A stretch of 64,000 nt of DNA, from positions 64,001 to 128,000 of the IMG/VR virus record IMGVR_UViG_3300022602_002120; one strand, 5' to 3'. This DNA is from a virus. The notes below the pieces were generated by a model. It was given only the letters and a program-made list of their open reading frames with translations, did no database searches and was not told where the DNA came from. The translations under genes and the position numbers were made by a program. Positions 51,197-60,147 of the stretch are shown here, one piece after another (positions within the stretch are counted from its first letter, which is position 1; each line of letters starts with the position of its first letter).

Positions 51197-52505
51197 TGTT
51201 TTTATAATGGACCTGGGCGGCAATGAAGACAATGTACAGAGTCTTGTACAGCGTTTTCCGCACGCTCGAGTGGTAAGATACTACGATAATCACTTAGCCA
51301 CGTTAAAACGCTGTATTTCACGTTGTAGAACACCTTATGCTTGGGTACTTGCTAGTGTTTGTGACTACAGTAACTTTGATTTTGACTACCGAGCTGTTCC
51401 GTGGGAAGCCTATCAACTACACTGTTGGCATAGTGATCACGAGAAGTTCGGCGACACCTTCCTGGTGAACGTAAGTGAATTTAATAAGCAACAGGATATT
51501 CCTTTACTGGAATGGTATAAGGAAGTTAATTGGCATTATCCGGGTGTACCTAGATTGCCTGTACCTGTTGTTACATACATCAGTGATGACCTAGTTGAGG
51601 TAGTCAAGGCTACTAAATTTGATACTCCATATGTCCTATTCAAACGTGACACGGACTCAACTGTAAACTTTGCGCCTATTTTATGGCGAGATCGAAGTGT
51701 ACATACCTTTAACAAGGCAAACAGTGTATCGTTAGTACCCCGTGAAATTTCCGCACATTTAAAGCATCAAATCTACGATTATCCACATATTTTGAAGCAA
51801 AAAGACTGGTTTTTAGGCGATAATAACCTCGATATTATCTACATCAGCAACGGAGAACCGCAGGCAGAACAGTGGTATGAACACTTATTATCAGTGGTAG
51901 CGGCTAGTGGTGCTACCAATTGGGTACGTAGAGTTAAAGATGTTAATGGACGTAGTGAGGCATATAAAGCTGCAGCTAATGCCAGTCAAACAGATTGGTT
52001 CTTTACTGTGTTTGCTAAATTAGAAGTAGTAGCAGACTTTGATTGGTCTTGGCAACCAGACTATCTACAAGAACCTAAACACTATATCTTTAACAGTCGT
52101 AATCCTGTTAATGGATTGGAATATGGACACATGGGCATTATTGCCTACAACAAGCAACTAGTACTTGATACAGATGAACATGGATTAGACTTTACTCTAA
52201 GCAAGCCACATGCTGTGGTCCCTGTATTAAGTGCTATTGCCCACTATAATACCACACCCGAACTAACATGGCGCACAGCATTCCGTGAAGTGTTAAAACT
52301 TGTAGATGATGTAGAAAAGACTGGAAGTATCGAAAGTCGTTATCGTTTAGATGTTTGGCTCAATGAAGGCGAGCATTGGAGCACGCAAGGTGCAACTGAT
52401 GCTGTTGAATACTACAATAATGTTGCTGGTGATATGGATAAACTCTTACTGAGTTTTGAGTGGGCTTGGTTGAAAGAATACTACTCTAAGAAGTATACTG
52501 TTTAA
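51189..52505 (+). CDS. Two-domain glycosyltransferase-like protein
   Basis: The C-terminal half DIIYISNGEP..RRVKDVNGRSEAYKAAA..NPVNGLEYGHMG..AWRTAFRE-like aligns with 31684. Confidence 0.55.
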   Translation: MFDVFIMDLGGNEDNVQSLVQRFPHARVVRYYDNHLATLKRCISRCRTPYAWVLASVCDYSNFDFDYRAVPWEAYQLHCWHSDHEKFGDTFLVNVSEFNKQQDIPLLEWYKEVNWHYPGVPRLPVPVVTYISDDLVEVVKATKFDTPYVLFKRDTDSTVNFAPILWRDRSVHTFNKANSVSLVPREISAHLKHQIYDYPHILKQKDWFLGDNNLDIIYISNGEPQAEQWYEHLLSVVAASGATNWVRRVKDVNGRSEAYKAAANASQTDWFFTVFAKLEVVADFDWSWQPDYLQEPKHYIFNSRNPVNGLEYGHMGIIAYNKQLVLDTDEHGLDFTLSKPHAVVPVLSAIAHYNTTPELTWRTAFREVLKLVDDVEKTGSIESRYRLDVWLNEGEHWSTQGATDAVEYYNNVAGDMDKLLLSFEWAWLKEYYSKKYTV

Positions 52506-53601
52506 TAGCATCAACTACAGCTTCAACTTCACTGTCTGACAGTTCTGGATAGATAGGCAAACTTAGGCAGGTGCGACTAAACTGTTCAGCACCTTCTAAC
52601 GCTGTGTAGTCAACTTCAAAGCCAAATGCCACATTAGATAAGTGTAAGGGTCTTTTGTAGGTAATCCTAGTTTCGATTCCTGCTTCTCCAAGGAATTGAT
52701 TCATACCATAACGTTCACGATGATGAATAACATACTTACTCCACGCATGTTCTACATTCATGTCTACACTAGGTATAGTTACATGTCCATCTAGTTCTTC
52801 TGTGTAGTATTCGGCGATTTCTTTCCTACGTTTTTGCCAAGCATCGAAGTATTTTAACTTAATCAGCATCTGTGAACAATCAACTTCTGACATCTTGCTG
52901 TTGGTACCTGAGTTGATATTGTCATTACCTTTGCCATTGTCGTGAAAGTCATTGACCTGTTCCCAGATCTCAGGATCGTCAGTGAGTATCATGCCACCCG
53001 ATCCATAGTTGTTTAGATTTTTTGTAGGGTCAAAGCTCAAGCAACTGATAGTGCCTAGCTTGCCACTTGGTACACCTTTCCAGTAGGCACCAAATGATTG
53101 TGCAGCATCTTCTATGATGGGAATATTATTCTCTGCCCACATCTGTCTATACATGGTTAATTTGTCATAGTCGATGATGTTACCAAATAAGTTAACATAC
53201 ATCACAGCGGCAATCTCATCATGATCCACTGGTATCTTATTTAGATCTATTAGACCGGTAATGGGATCTACATCACAGAACACAGGGTCAAAGCCTGATT
53301 CTATTACTACGTTGAGTGTAGCAATAAAACTCTGTGCTGGAATTAGTACTTTGTTACGAGTCTTATCGTGTATACAGGCCGCACGTAGACTAAAGATCAA
53401 GGCCTGTGTACAACTGCCTACTGCGCAGGCATACTTGCGTTCGGTCATTTTTTGAATAGTTTTTTCAAACAGAAAGGTATAGTCACCGTCAAGGACTTTT
53501 CCAGAAGAATATACATGATCTGTTGCATCAAGTATTTCTTCTTTGATACTAACGTATTGTCTATCTACGCCATAGAACGGGATTTTCGTTGTACCAGTCA
53601 T
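52486..53601 (-). CDS. DegT/DnrJ/EryC1/StrS PLP-dependent sugar aminotransferase
   Basis: IIEDAAQSFG, SFDPTKNL (PLP Lys), GGMILTDD, LSLPIYPEL. Confidence 0.92.
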   Translation of the reverse strand: MTGTTKIPFYGVDRQYVSIKEEILDATDHVYSSGKVLDGDYTFLFEKTIQKMTERKYACAVGSCTQALIFSLRAACIHDKTRNKVLIPAQSFIATLNVVIESGFDPVFCDVDPITGLIDLNKIPVDHDEIAAVMYVNLFGNIIDYDKLTMYRQMWAENNIPIIEDAAQSFGAYWKGVPSGKLGTISCLSFDPTKNLNNYGSGGMILTDDPEIWEQVNDFHDNGKGNDNINSGTNSKMSEVDCSQMLIKLKYFDAWQKRRKEIAEYYTEELDGHVTIPSVDMNVEHAWSKYVIHHRERYGMNQFLGEAGIETRITYKRPLHLSNVAFGFEVDYTALEGAEQFSRTCLSLPIYPELSDSEVEAVVDAIKQYTS

Positions 53602-54517
53602 AATACTGTTTTAAGCCTTGTTCAAAGTCAATTTTAGGATCATAGCCTAGATCGTTGCGTGCCCGATCTATATTCAAACGTCCACGTTTAGGAAAACTAA
53701 GATCACGATCTAATAATTCTATAGTGCCCTGTCCTGCTACGCTAACAGCAAGTTCGGCAGCGTCCTTTAAGGTCCAAATGCGATCAGCGGAACGGGTAAT
53801 ATTATATGTATGGCCATTTGCAGCATCTAAGGTTGTAGCTAACACAATACCTTGAGCTGTGTCAGTGACATGTGTAAAGTCTAAGACTTCACTGCCACCT
53901 TTAACACGTAGAGTTTCACCACGCATGGCGGCTGTTAGGAATTTACTTACCACACGATCCTCTACATCACGTTCACCATATACAGCACTAGGGCGAACAA
54001 TAGTATAATTTAAATAACGACCATAGTCTTCTACTAGACGCTCGCCCATGAGTTTCATAATACCATATTGTCCTACTGGGCTAGGATTTTTATATTCGCT
54101 GGTATCTGATCCAAAGTCACCATAGACCATCGAACTTGAAACATAGACAAATTTTTCACAATGCTCACGTGCTATTTCTAATAGATTAGTTAGGCCATTA
54201 CACATAACATCTGTGGCTAGTCTAGGATCTTGTTCAACTACTTTCTGACGCGGAAAACTTGCTAGGTGTACAATAACATCAATTTCGTTATTAAGTACCA
54301 AGCTGTTAATTAGTGTTTGATCACGAATATCAACTTTGTATACTTCGCTAGTAATGCGTTTTTCACGTAGACTGTTTAGATATACTAGTTCACTGGTAGG
54401 AATAAAGCCATAGGTAGTAGCTGTATCAACTACAATACACTCATGTCCTTGTGCTTCTAGTAAGCGGACAACATTGTGCCCAATGAAGCCTAATCCACCA
54501 GTGACAAGATATTTCAT
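53561..54517 (-). CDS. NAD-dependent NDP-sugar epimerase/dehydratase (extended SDR)
   Basis: TGGLGFIG, SSSMVYG, YGIMK (YxxxK), RPSAVYG, DFTHV. Confidence 0.92.
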   Translation of the reverse strand: MKYLVTGGLGFIGHNVVRLLEAQGHECIVVDTATTYGFIPTSELVYLNSLREKRITSEVYKVDIRDQTLINSLVLNNEIDVIVHLASFPRQKVVEQDPRLATDVMCNGLTNLLEIAREHCEKFVYVSSSMVYGDFGSDTSEYKNPSPVGQYGIMKLMGERLVEDYGRYLNYTIVRPSAVYGERDVEDRVVSKFLTAAMRGETLRVKGGSEVLDFTHVTDTAQGIVLATTLDAANGHTYNITRSADRIWTLKDAAELAVSVAGQGTIELLDRDLSFPKRGRLNIDRARNDLGYDPKIDFEQGLKQYYDWYNENPVLWRR

Positions 54518-54675
54518 CTACCACGCCCAGCTGATTTCTTAGCAGGCTTGTTTACTGTTACTTGGGACTTGGGCGCACCCTTACCAGTATCAACTTGGGT
54601 TTTACTATTAGTAGCCTGCTGTTCTTGTTGTTTCTTTACTAATGCTGCTTTTACTGTGTCTTTTAAACTTGCCAT
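54514..54675 (-). CDS. Small basic 53-aa protein (not in the ORF track)
   Basis: MASLKDTVKAALVKKQQEQQATNSKTQVDTGKGAPKSQVTVNKPAKKSAGRGR; ATGA overlap with the epimerase start; fills the gap exactly. Confidence 0.7.
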   Translation of the reverse strand: MASLKDTVKAALVKKQQEQQATNSKTQVDTGKGAPKSQVTVNKPAKKSAGRGR

Positions 54676-54676
54676 T

Positions 54677-54919
54677 TTACTCTCCCCATTTTAATTTATA
54701 GTAGGTTAAATTTTTAGGTTCTAACCACGCATGTATTTTTACAGTATAACCATAACTGCTATAGCCACCTGGTACAATATCAAACATCATCTGCTGATAA
54801 CTATGTTCATGTAGCCATTGCCCTTTTTCAGTCTTTTCCCAATCTATAATAGGACCTGCGGCATAGATCTCAGGATCTTCTACATCACCTAGAGTAATCT
54901 TATGAACTAGTAACTTCAT
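54677..54919 (-). CDS. Hypothetical protein
   Basis: 80-aa ORF in a tightly packed minus-strand run. Confidence 0.6.
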   Translation of the reverse strand: MKLLVHKITLGDVEDPEIYAAGPIIDWEKTEKGQWLHEHSYQQMMFDIVPGGYSSYGYTVKIHAWLEPKNLTYYKLKWGE

Positions 54920-55552
54920 TTAGTCCCAAAGACCACGATAGTATTTGCCAAATAAACGTAGGCCGTTATCGATACGGTCATGATGTGCTTTAAGACCTTT
55001 GCGATCTACTTTAATCTTACTAATTTGTGTGTTGAAATTATCTTTTGGATCATCGGACTCGGAGTGATCAAAGAACTTGCTATCACCGTCATCGTCTATT
55101 AGTTGTTCATGTGCCCAGATCATTTCGTCCATGACCCAATCCCAACGTTTAAAATGATTGTCATCTGTGTCCCAGGAATTCTTTTTTGGAGGTGCGCTGG
55201 TACTGCGTAGTTCTTTAGGCACATCTTTATCTTCTACCCAAGGAGCACCATGCTTATGTTCTTTTAGCTTTTTAAGCATGGGCACAACAATAAGACTAAG
55301 TGTACTGTCCATGCTCCAAACGTCATAGTCGTCAATATGGATTTTAATAGTGCGTTGACGTTTTTCGTAAATCCAGTTACAGAACTTTGAAACCCAAGTA
55401 CTAGCTAACCAAGTGCCTAGACGATCATGTAACTGATAGTCCCAGCGTTTAGCTATGTTATCTTCTGGATATTTCTCATGCCAAAAGAACAGCATGTCTA
55501 CTAGTTGATATGGACCAACCCAGCTTAAATATTTGCCAATTTTAACTTTCAT
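54920..55552 (-). CDS. Hypothetical phage protein
   Basis: 210-aa ORF; packing; WDWVMDEMIWA..GLRLFGKYYRGLWD. Confidence 0.65.
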   Translation of the reverse strand: MKVKIGKYLSWVGPYQLVDMLFFWHEKYPEDNIAKRWDYQLHDRLGTWLASTWVSKFCNWIYEKRQRTIKIHIDDYDVWSMDSTLSLIVVPMLKKLKEHKHGAPWVEDKDVPKELRSTSAPPKKNSWDTDDNHFKRWDWVMDEMIWAHEQLIDDDGDSKFFDHSESDDPKDNFNTQISKIKVDRKGLKAHHDRIDNGLRLFGKYYRGLWD

Positions 55553-55878
55553 TTCCAGCTCTCGTCGTGATGATCAAAAAATCTTAAACAATAGTCTACG
55601 TATTCGCTTTCACTCAGGTCAGCATAGAAGCGTACCTGTTTGAACCAATCTATGGTATTACTATCAAAATCAAAATCAAGTTTAATGCTATTGCGTTCAA
55701 CCCAAGCATATTTGTCTGTTTGACTGAATTCTTTTGCTGCTTGGAAGTATAGAGCATCATTGCCCCAACCATTGTTGTGAATTTCGTTTATATGACTTCT
55801 ATATGCGAATAAGCGCACACGATGGGGTCGTTCAAACCGCCATGTTGGCTTTGATTGGCGGGTGATAGTTGTATCCAT
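55549..55878 (-). CDS. Hypothetical protein
   Basis: 109-aa ORF with an ATGA overlap. Confidence 0.55.
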   Translation of the reverse strand: MDTTITRQSKPTWRFERPHRVRLFAYRSHINEIHNNGWGNDALYFQAAKEFSQTDKYAWVERNSIKLDFDFDSNTIDWFKQVRFYADLSESEYVDYCLRFFDHHDESWK

Positions 55879-56689
55879 CTAGTCTAAAGTCCTCTATAGT
55901 AAAGTTATTGATATCTTTTACATCAGGGTTAATCCACAATGTGGGAAGAGGTAATGGTTCACGGCTTAACTGTTCTTTTACCTGCTCTACGTGATCAGAA
56001 TATATGTGTGCGTCGCCTAGTGTGTGAACAAACTCGCCTACCCCTAAACCACATACCTGTGCTATCATATGAGTTAATAGTGAGTAGCTTGCGATGTTAA
56101 AAGGTACACCTAAGAACATATCGCAACTACGCTGATACATCTGACACGACAACTTATTATCAGCACTTACGTAGAACTGTGCAAAACAATGACAGGGAGG
56201 TAAGGCCATTTGATCTAACTCACCCGGGTTCCACGCTGTGATAATATGCCTGCGGCCATATGGATCATCTTGGATACCACGTATCAGCGTAGCAATTTGA
56301 TCTACTGCTGATCGTTTACCTGGACCCATATAACTGACCCAATCTCGCCACTGTACACCGTAGACACGACCTAGGTCACCTTGGTATTTGGCTTTAGGAA
56401 TCCAATAAGGAGCAAGAGCATTGGGTGTCCAAATAGTAGTTTTACCTTCAGGGTCGCCGTGGGTAATTTCTGCTAGTCTGCGTTCATCACCCGAACCTTC
56501 AATGAACCATAACAGTTCACCTAAACAGGCCTTGAAAGCCAGTTTCTTAGTAGTCACAGCTGGAAAGCCCTTAGATAGATCGTAGCGTTGTTGCATACCA
56601 AATACCCCAATGGTACCTACACCCGTGCGATCATCACGTACTTCACCGTTCTTAAGAACGAATTCTAATGCGTCAAGATAAGTTTTCAT
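55832..56689 (-). CDS. thyA: Thymidylate synthase
   Basis: DRTGVGT, MALPPCH (catalytic Cys), [18 protein letters not shown] (dUMP-specifying Asn), GDAHIY. Confidence 0.97.
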   Translation of the reverse strand: MKTYLDALEFVLKNGEVRDDRTGVGTIGVFGMQQRYDLSKGFPAVTTKKLAFKACLGELLWFIEGSGDERRLAEITHGDPEGKTTIWTPNALAPYWIPKAKYQGDLGRVYGVQWRDWVSYMGPGKRSAVDQIATLIRGIQDDPYGRRHIITAWNPGELDQMALPPCHCFAQFYVSADNKLSCQMYQRSCDMFLGVPFNIASYSLLTHMIAQVCGLGVGEFVHTLGDAHIYSDHVEQVKEQLSREPLPLPTLWINPDVKDINNFTIEDFRLDGYNYHPPIKANMAV

Positions 56690-56695
56690 TTTATT

Positions 56696-56724
56696 ATTAT
56701 AACAGAATTAAGGTAGTCTGTCAA
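56696..56724 (-). promoter_or_regulatory. Perfect sigma70 promoter TTGACA-N17-TATAAT upstream of thyA
   Basis: -35 at 56724-56719, -10 at 56701-56696; only 6 nt separate the -10 from the ATG. Confidence 0.85.
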
Positions 56725-57222
56725 CTAGAATAGTACACGATCCCAGATTTCGTAAGTACAATTCGTACCTGGGATTACTGTTTTAATACGGAAACAAGCC
56801 AAATAGCGTTCTAAATTAATACGTGTATCACACCAATAATTACCTTTCATGCGTGTTAGGTACACACGTTCTACTAGGTCATTGGTAGCTTCGTATAATT
56901 TTTGCCCACCAATGATATATACATCTTGGCTAGGGTTAGCTGTTTGTACGTTAGCAATAGCGGTTTCTGGACTACTAGGAATCCAGCGTACTTGATGCTG
57001 ATATTGTTGGTCAACGTGCTTACTGCTGACTACATAATTTGTACGATTAGGTAAAGGTTTGGGCATCTTGGGATCTTCCCAAGTATTACGCCCCATGACT
57101 ACGATATTATTTGTAGTATGGGACGCAAACCAACGCATATCTTCTTTATTATGCGGCCAAGGTAAGGTACCACGATTGCCTATGCCCCCCAAGGAGGTAC
57201 TGGCGAGAATAGAGCAAATCAT
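56725..57222 (-). CDS. folA: Dihydrofolate reductase
   Basis: GIGNRGTLPW..EDMRWF..VVMGRNTW..PLPNRTNYVVS..IIGG. Confidence 0.93.
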   Translation of the reverse strand: MICSILASTSLGGIGNRGTLPWPHNKEDMRWFASHTTNNIVVMGRNTWEDPKMPKPLPNRTNYVVSSKHVDQQYQHQVRWIPSSPETAIANVQTANPSQDVYIIGGQKLYEATNDLVERVYLTRMKGNYWCDTRINLERYLACFRIKTVIPGTNCTYEIWDRVLF

Positions 57223-57566
57223 AGACCTTTAAGCACCTTGTCTGTTTCTGGTTGGACAGTATCCACTACTTTAGCAATATCAATTAAGAAATCAACATTG
57301 GAAATATACGCATCGAGTTCGTTAAACTTAGTGTCTAATAGTTCTTCGATTGCGTCGGGATCCATGCCTTCATCGATTAGTTTTTTAATGTCGATGCTAA
57401 TATTAGTGCCATCTACTAATTTTACTTCAATTTCTTGAAGAATATGTATAGGCACTTCTTTTTTATCGACACCTTCAACTATATCTTTCCAACTTTTGTT
57501 TTTGCTTAACGTAATTTTTTTGCTATTCTTACGCAGTGGCTTTTTTGGTTTTGGTTGCTCTGCCAT
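57219..57566 (-). CDS. Hypothetical protein
   Basis: 115-aa ORF overlapping its neighbours. Confidence 0.6.
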   Translation of the reverse strand: MAEQPKPKKPLRKNSKKITLSKNKSWKDIVEGVDKKEVPIHILQEIEVKLVDGTNISIDIKKLIDEGMDPDAIEELLDTKFNELDAYISNVDFLIDIAKVVDTVQPETDKVLKGL

Positions 57567-58242
57567 TTGTAGCCTTTGCTGGTGTAGGTGTTGCTTTAGC
57601 CTTCGCTGGTGTTGCTTTCTTAACAGGAGCAGGGTTCATTGAAGCTGCTTCTGCTTTTAAACGTTTAGCTTCTGCTAATAATTGTTTAGCCTGAGCTTCC
57701 ATTGATTGTGCTTGGGTTAAATTCATATTAGCTAGATCAGCGTCACTTAATACACCCGTTACAGGAGCCGCTGGCGCGACTTGTGGTCTAGAAGGATCAA
57801 TAGCAGGTTGGCCGAGTTCACGACCTTCAGTGATTTGACTACCTCTGATTCCACGATTCTTATCCATATCTGCTAATTGCTGTGCTGCTTCGCCACCAGC
57901 TTCTAATTTGTCCATGATGTCATTTAATTCATCTAGACGAACTGTTGACTTTGCTGTTGGAGTTACAATAACTTGGTTACATGGAACTTTCTTTAGGTAA
58001 CCAGCTTTATGGATATATGTAAGACAGTTATTACCATCTGGCATAATATGGCGGAATAGTGCATCTGCTAGGTCTTTAGCATTTTGACCTAATTCGCTTT
58101 CTAGGACTTTCATTGACTCATCATGTACCATTGATGGTAGATTGTCTGTATACATAACCAGGGCCATGTGACCTTCATCTGGTACTTTGCGATACACAAT
58201 AGCAACTTTACGTTGATTGTGTCTGCCGACGTGCTTAATCAT
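57529..58242 (-). CDS. Hypothetical protein with K/A/P/T-rich basic C-terminal tail
   Basis: Ends PAPVKKATPAKAKATPTPAKATNGRATKTKKATA. Confidence 0.65.
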   Translation of the reverse strand: MIKHVGRHNQRKVAIVYRKVPDEGHMALVMYTDNLPSMVHDESMKVLESELGQNAKDLADALFRHIMPDGNNCLTYIHKAGYLKKVPCNQVIVTPTAKSTVRLDELNDIMDKLEAGGEAAQQLADMDKNRGIRGSQITEGRELGQPAIDPSRPQVAPAAPVTGVLSDADLANMNLTQAQSMEAQAKQLLAEAKRLKAEAASMNPAPVKKATPAKAKATPTPAKATNGRATKTKKATA

Positions 58243-58243
58243 T

Positions 58244-58498
58244 TTAGTTTTCCTCGGTAGGTGCTGTCGCAGGTGTTAATGCGCCAGTCGCTTGTAAGAA
58301 AGCGATAAGTTTGGTATATAATGTACCAACATCAGCTAGTTCTTCAGCACGGAAAGTACCGCGTTGACTGCCAATTTGAATAATCTGTGCCACTAGCACT
58401 AGATCTTGTAGGGTTAAACTTGGAGCTGCTTGCTCTGGTTGTTGTTCAACTGTTTGTTCAACAACAGGTTCTTCTTGTTTTGTTTTCTTTGTAGCCAT
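58244..58498 (-). CDS. Hypothetical protein
   Basis: 84-aa ORF with a strong AAGGAG Shine-Dalgarno. Confidence 0.7.
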   Translation of the reverse strand: MATKKTKQEEPVVEQTVEQQPEQAAPSLTLQDLVLVAQIIQIGSQRGTFRAEELADVGTLYTKLIAFLQATGALTPATAPTEEN

Positions 58499-58524
58499 TA
58501 ATAAAATCTCCTTAGGGATAACTT

Positions 58525-58530
58525 TATTTA
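58525..58530 (-). promoter_or_regulatory. TAAATA late-promoter-like motif
   Basis: Intergenic TAAATA on the minus strand, upstream of AAGGAG and the ATG at 58498. Confidence 0.4.
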
Positions 58531-58558
58531 ATAGCTCTGCAGGGGATGGAAAAATTTC

Positions 58559-58852
58559 TTAGAAGTAATCTTCGGGATTGATCTGCGGAAGATAAAGACT
58601 AAAGTAAGTAGCTTCGCTGACCAGTTCAAAGGCAACTTTAGTCTGGCGATCAATGATCTTACCGCCCGGAGTACGTGCTAGATCAATATCGCCTAGAAAA
58701 AAACGACCTTCTAGGTTTTCGTAGATCCAATTAGATAGAGTGTTAGGCGTAACATAACTGAGAAAAACTACCTGTTCAAAATGAGGCGGACACCAACTTA
58801 ACTGTCGTAGTCCGTGTACATTTAAGGGATTAACTTCGCCGTGTTTAAGCAT
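58559..58852 (-). CDS. Hypothetical protein
   Basis: 97-aa ORF in the packed run. Confidence 0.6.
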   Translation of the reverse strand: MLKHGEVNPLNVHGLRQLSWCPPHFEQVVFLSYVTPNTLSNWIYENLEGRFFLGDIDLARTPGGKIIDRQTKVAFELVSEATYFSLYLPQINPEDYF

Positions 58853-59471
58853 TAATAGTCTTTCTAATTAGTTCTGCCCACAGTTCATGAGCTCGTTCAT
58901 TGGGATGAAATCCATCTTCTATATACAGTTTATGATCTTGACTTAGTTCAAATAACCCGTTGCGATCAACGTCTGTGAATATCCACTGACTAAAATCAAT
59001 TTGAAGGTCTAAGTATTCAAATCCCAATCCATATACATCTTCCCAAACATTCATATAGCTCATAAACTTATATTTAATGTTCTGAGCTTGTAGATAACTT
59101 TGTAAGCTGATTATACGTATTAAGCTGTTAAACACACGTTCACGTTGCCCAATATCTATGCTGAGGTTTTTATAAGCAGCTTGTTCGTTGTGTAGGTAGT
59201 GTATGCCAAAGTTATTAACAGATTTAAATCCTGTAGATTGAAGATAGACTTTTTCCTCTACAGCATAATCTAGGCGTTCCAATCCAGTCCACATTACCAA
59301 CACTAGGTCATATGAGTTTTCACTTAACTCTGATATAGTGCTGTCGCATATCCATTGGTTGCCTGCGGCATGCTGGGCTAGGTTTTTAACCGCATCAGTG
59401 CCTAGCAGGTATGGCCAAGTTAGATATGGACTAGGGGCTGTAAAACTACAGCCGTTAGTTAATATCTTCAC
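58845..59471 (-). CDS. SGNH/GDSL-like protein (paralog outside the cluster)
   Basis: NGCSFT, NLAQHAAGN, WTGLER, DGFHPNERAH. Confidence 0.65.
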   Translation of the reverse strand: MKILTNGCSFTAPSPYLTWPYLLGTDAVKNLAQHAAGNQWICDSTISELSENSYDLVLVMWTGLERLDYAVEEKVYLQSTGFKSVNNFGIHYLHNEQAAYKNLSIDIGQRERVFNSLIRIISLQSYLQAQNIKYKFMSYMNVWEDVYGLGFEYLDLQIDFSQWIFTDVDRNGLFELSQDHKLYIEDGFHPNERAHELWAELIRKTINA

Positions 59472-59598
59472 CGTGATTAATCATATGCCAGCTGCGTGTT
59501 GCCTCTGCCCAAACTTTACGAGGATGACGTATAACCATATAAAGACAGATAATAGGTACTCCAACAATAACTGCTGGATATAAGATCCACTTACTCAT
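59455..59598 (-). CDS. Small 47-aa single-TM protein (not in the ORF track)
   Basis: MSKWILYPAVIVGVPIICLYMVIRHPRKVWAEATRSWHMINHGEDIN; overlaps both neighbours. Confidence 0.55.
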   Translation of the reverse strand: MSKWILYPAVIVGVPIICLYMVIRHPRKVWAEATRSWHMINHGEDIN

Positions 59599-59950
59599 CA
59601 GATTTATCCTTGCCAAAGTCACCTTCTACTACATTTAGTTCAGGTTTCTTTTTTTCAGTTTTAGGATTGGCATTTCGATAATGATCTGCTACTTCTACAA
59701 TAGGAAACACCCAAATGTTTTCATCTTCCTTCTCACCGAAGAAACGTTCTAATAGTCTGCGACCAAATCCTTTGTGATTAGGGATAGCCATGACAATCAA
59801 ACGATTAGTTAGATCTTCATACTCTTCTCTAGAGATATATTCATGACGCCATAACCAACTGAGTGTATCATGTGTAGCACCTGTTAGTTGCTCTGCCATA
59901 CCAGTCGGTGTATAACTAAAACTTTGATATTGCATTATTAAATCTCCCAA
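59591..59950 (-). CDS. Hypothetical protein
   Basis: 119-aa ORF. Confidence 0.6.
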   Translation of the reverse strand: MGDLIMQYQSFSYTPTGMAEQLTGATHDTLSWLWRHEYISREEYEDLTNRLIVMAIPNHKGFGRRLLERFFGEKEDENIWVFPIVEVADHYRNANPKTEKKKPELNVVEGDFGKDKSDE

Positions 59951-60147
59951 TCTTTAAATTTTGATAGCCAAACAGTCTTTAACTTCCAATCTAAAATACC
60001 CCACCAATTCCAGCGGTAGTAGATAGCCCAACCTCTACGACTACGAATCACAGGTCGCCAACAATCTGGAACTAGGACTAACTTGTCTTTTGATACAGGA
60101 GTACGATATATGCCCGTACCGTCTTTATTTCGATTTTGATAGATCAT
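59938..60147 (-). CDS. Hypothetical Trp/Arg-rich protein
   Basis: 69-aa ORF overlapping its neighbours. Confidence 0.45.
   Translation of the reverse strand: MIYQNRNKDGTGIYRTPVSKDKLVLVPDCWRPVIRSRRGWAIYYRWNWWGILDWKLKTVWLSKFKDWEI

Noticed and set aside
55832-56689. ThyA as a dCMP hydroxymethylase supplying 5hmC to the carbamoyltransferase
   Set aside because: It keeps the dUMP-specifying Asn (GVPFNIASY) and sits next to DHFR, so it is canonical ThyA. A hydroxymethylase elsewhere in the genome is not excluded.
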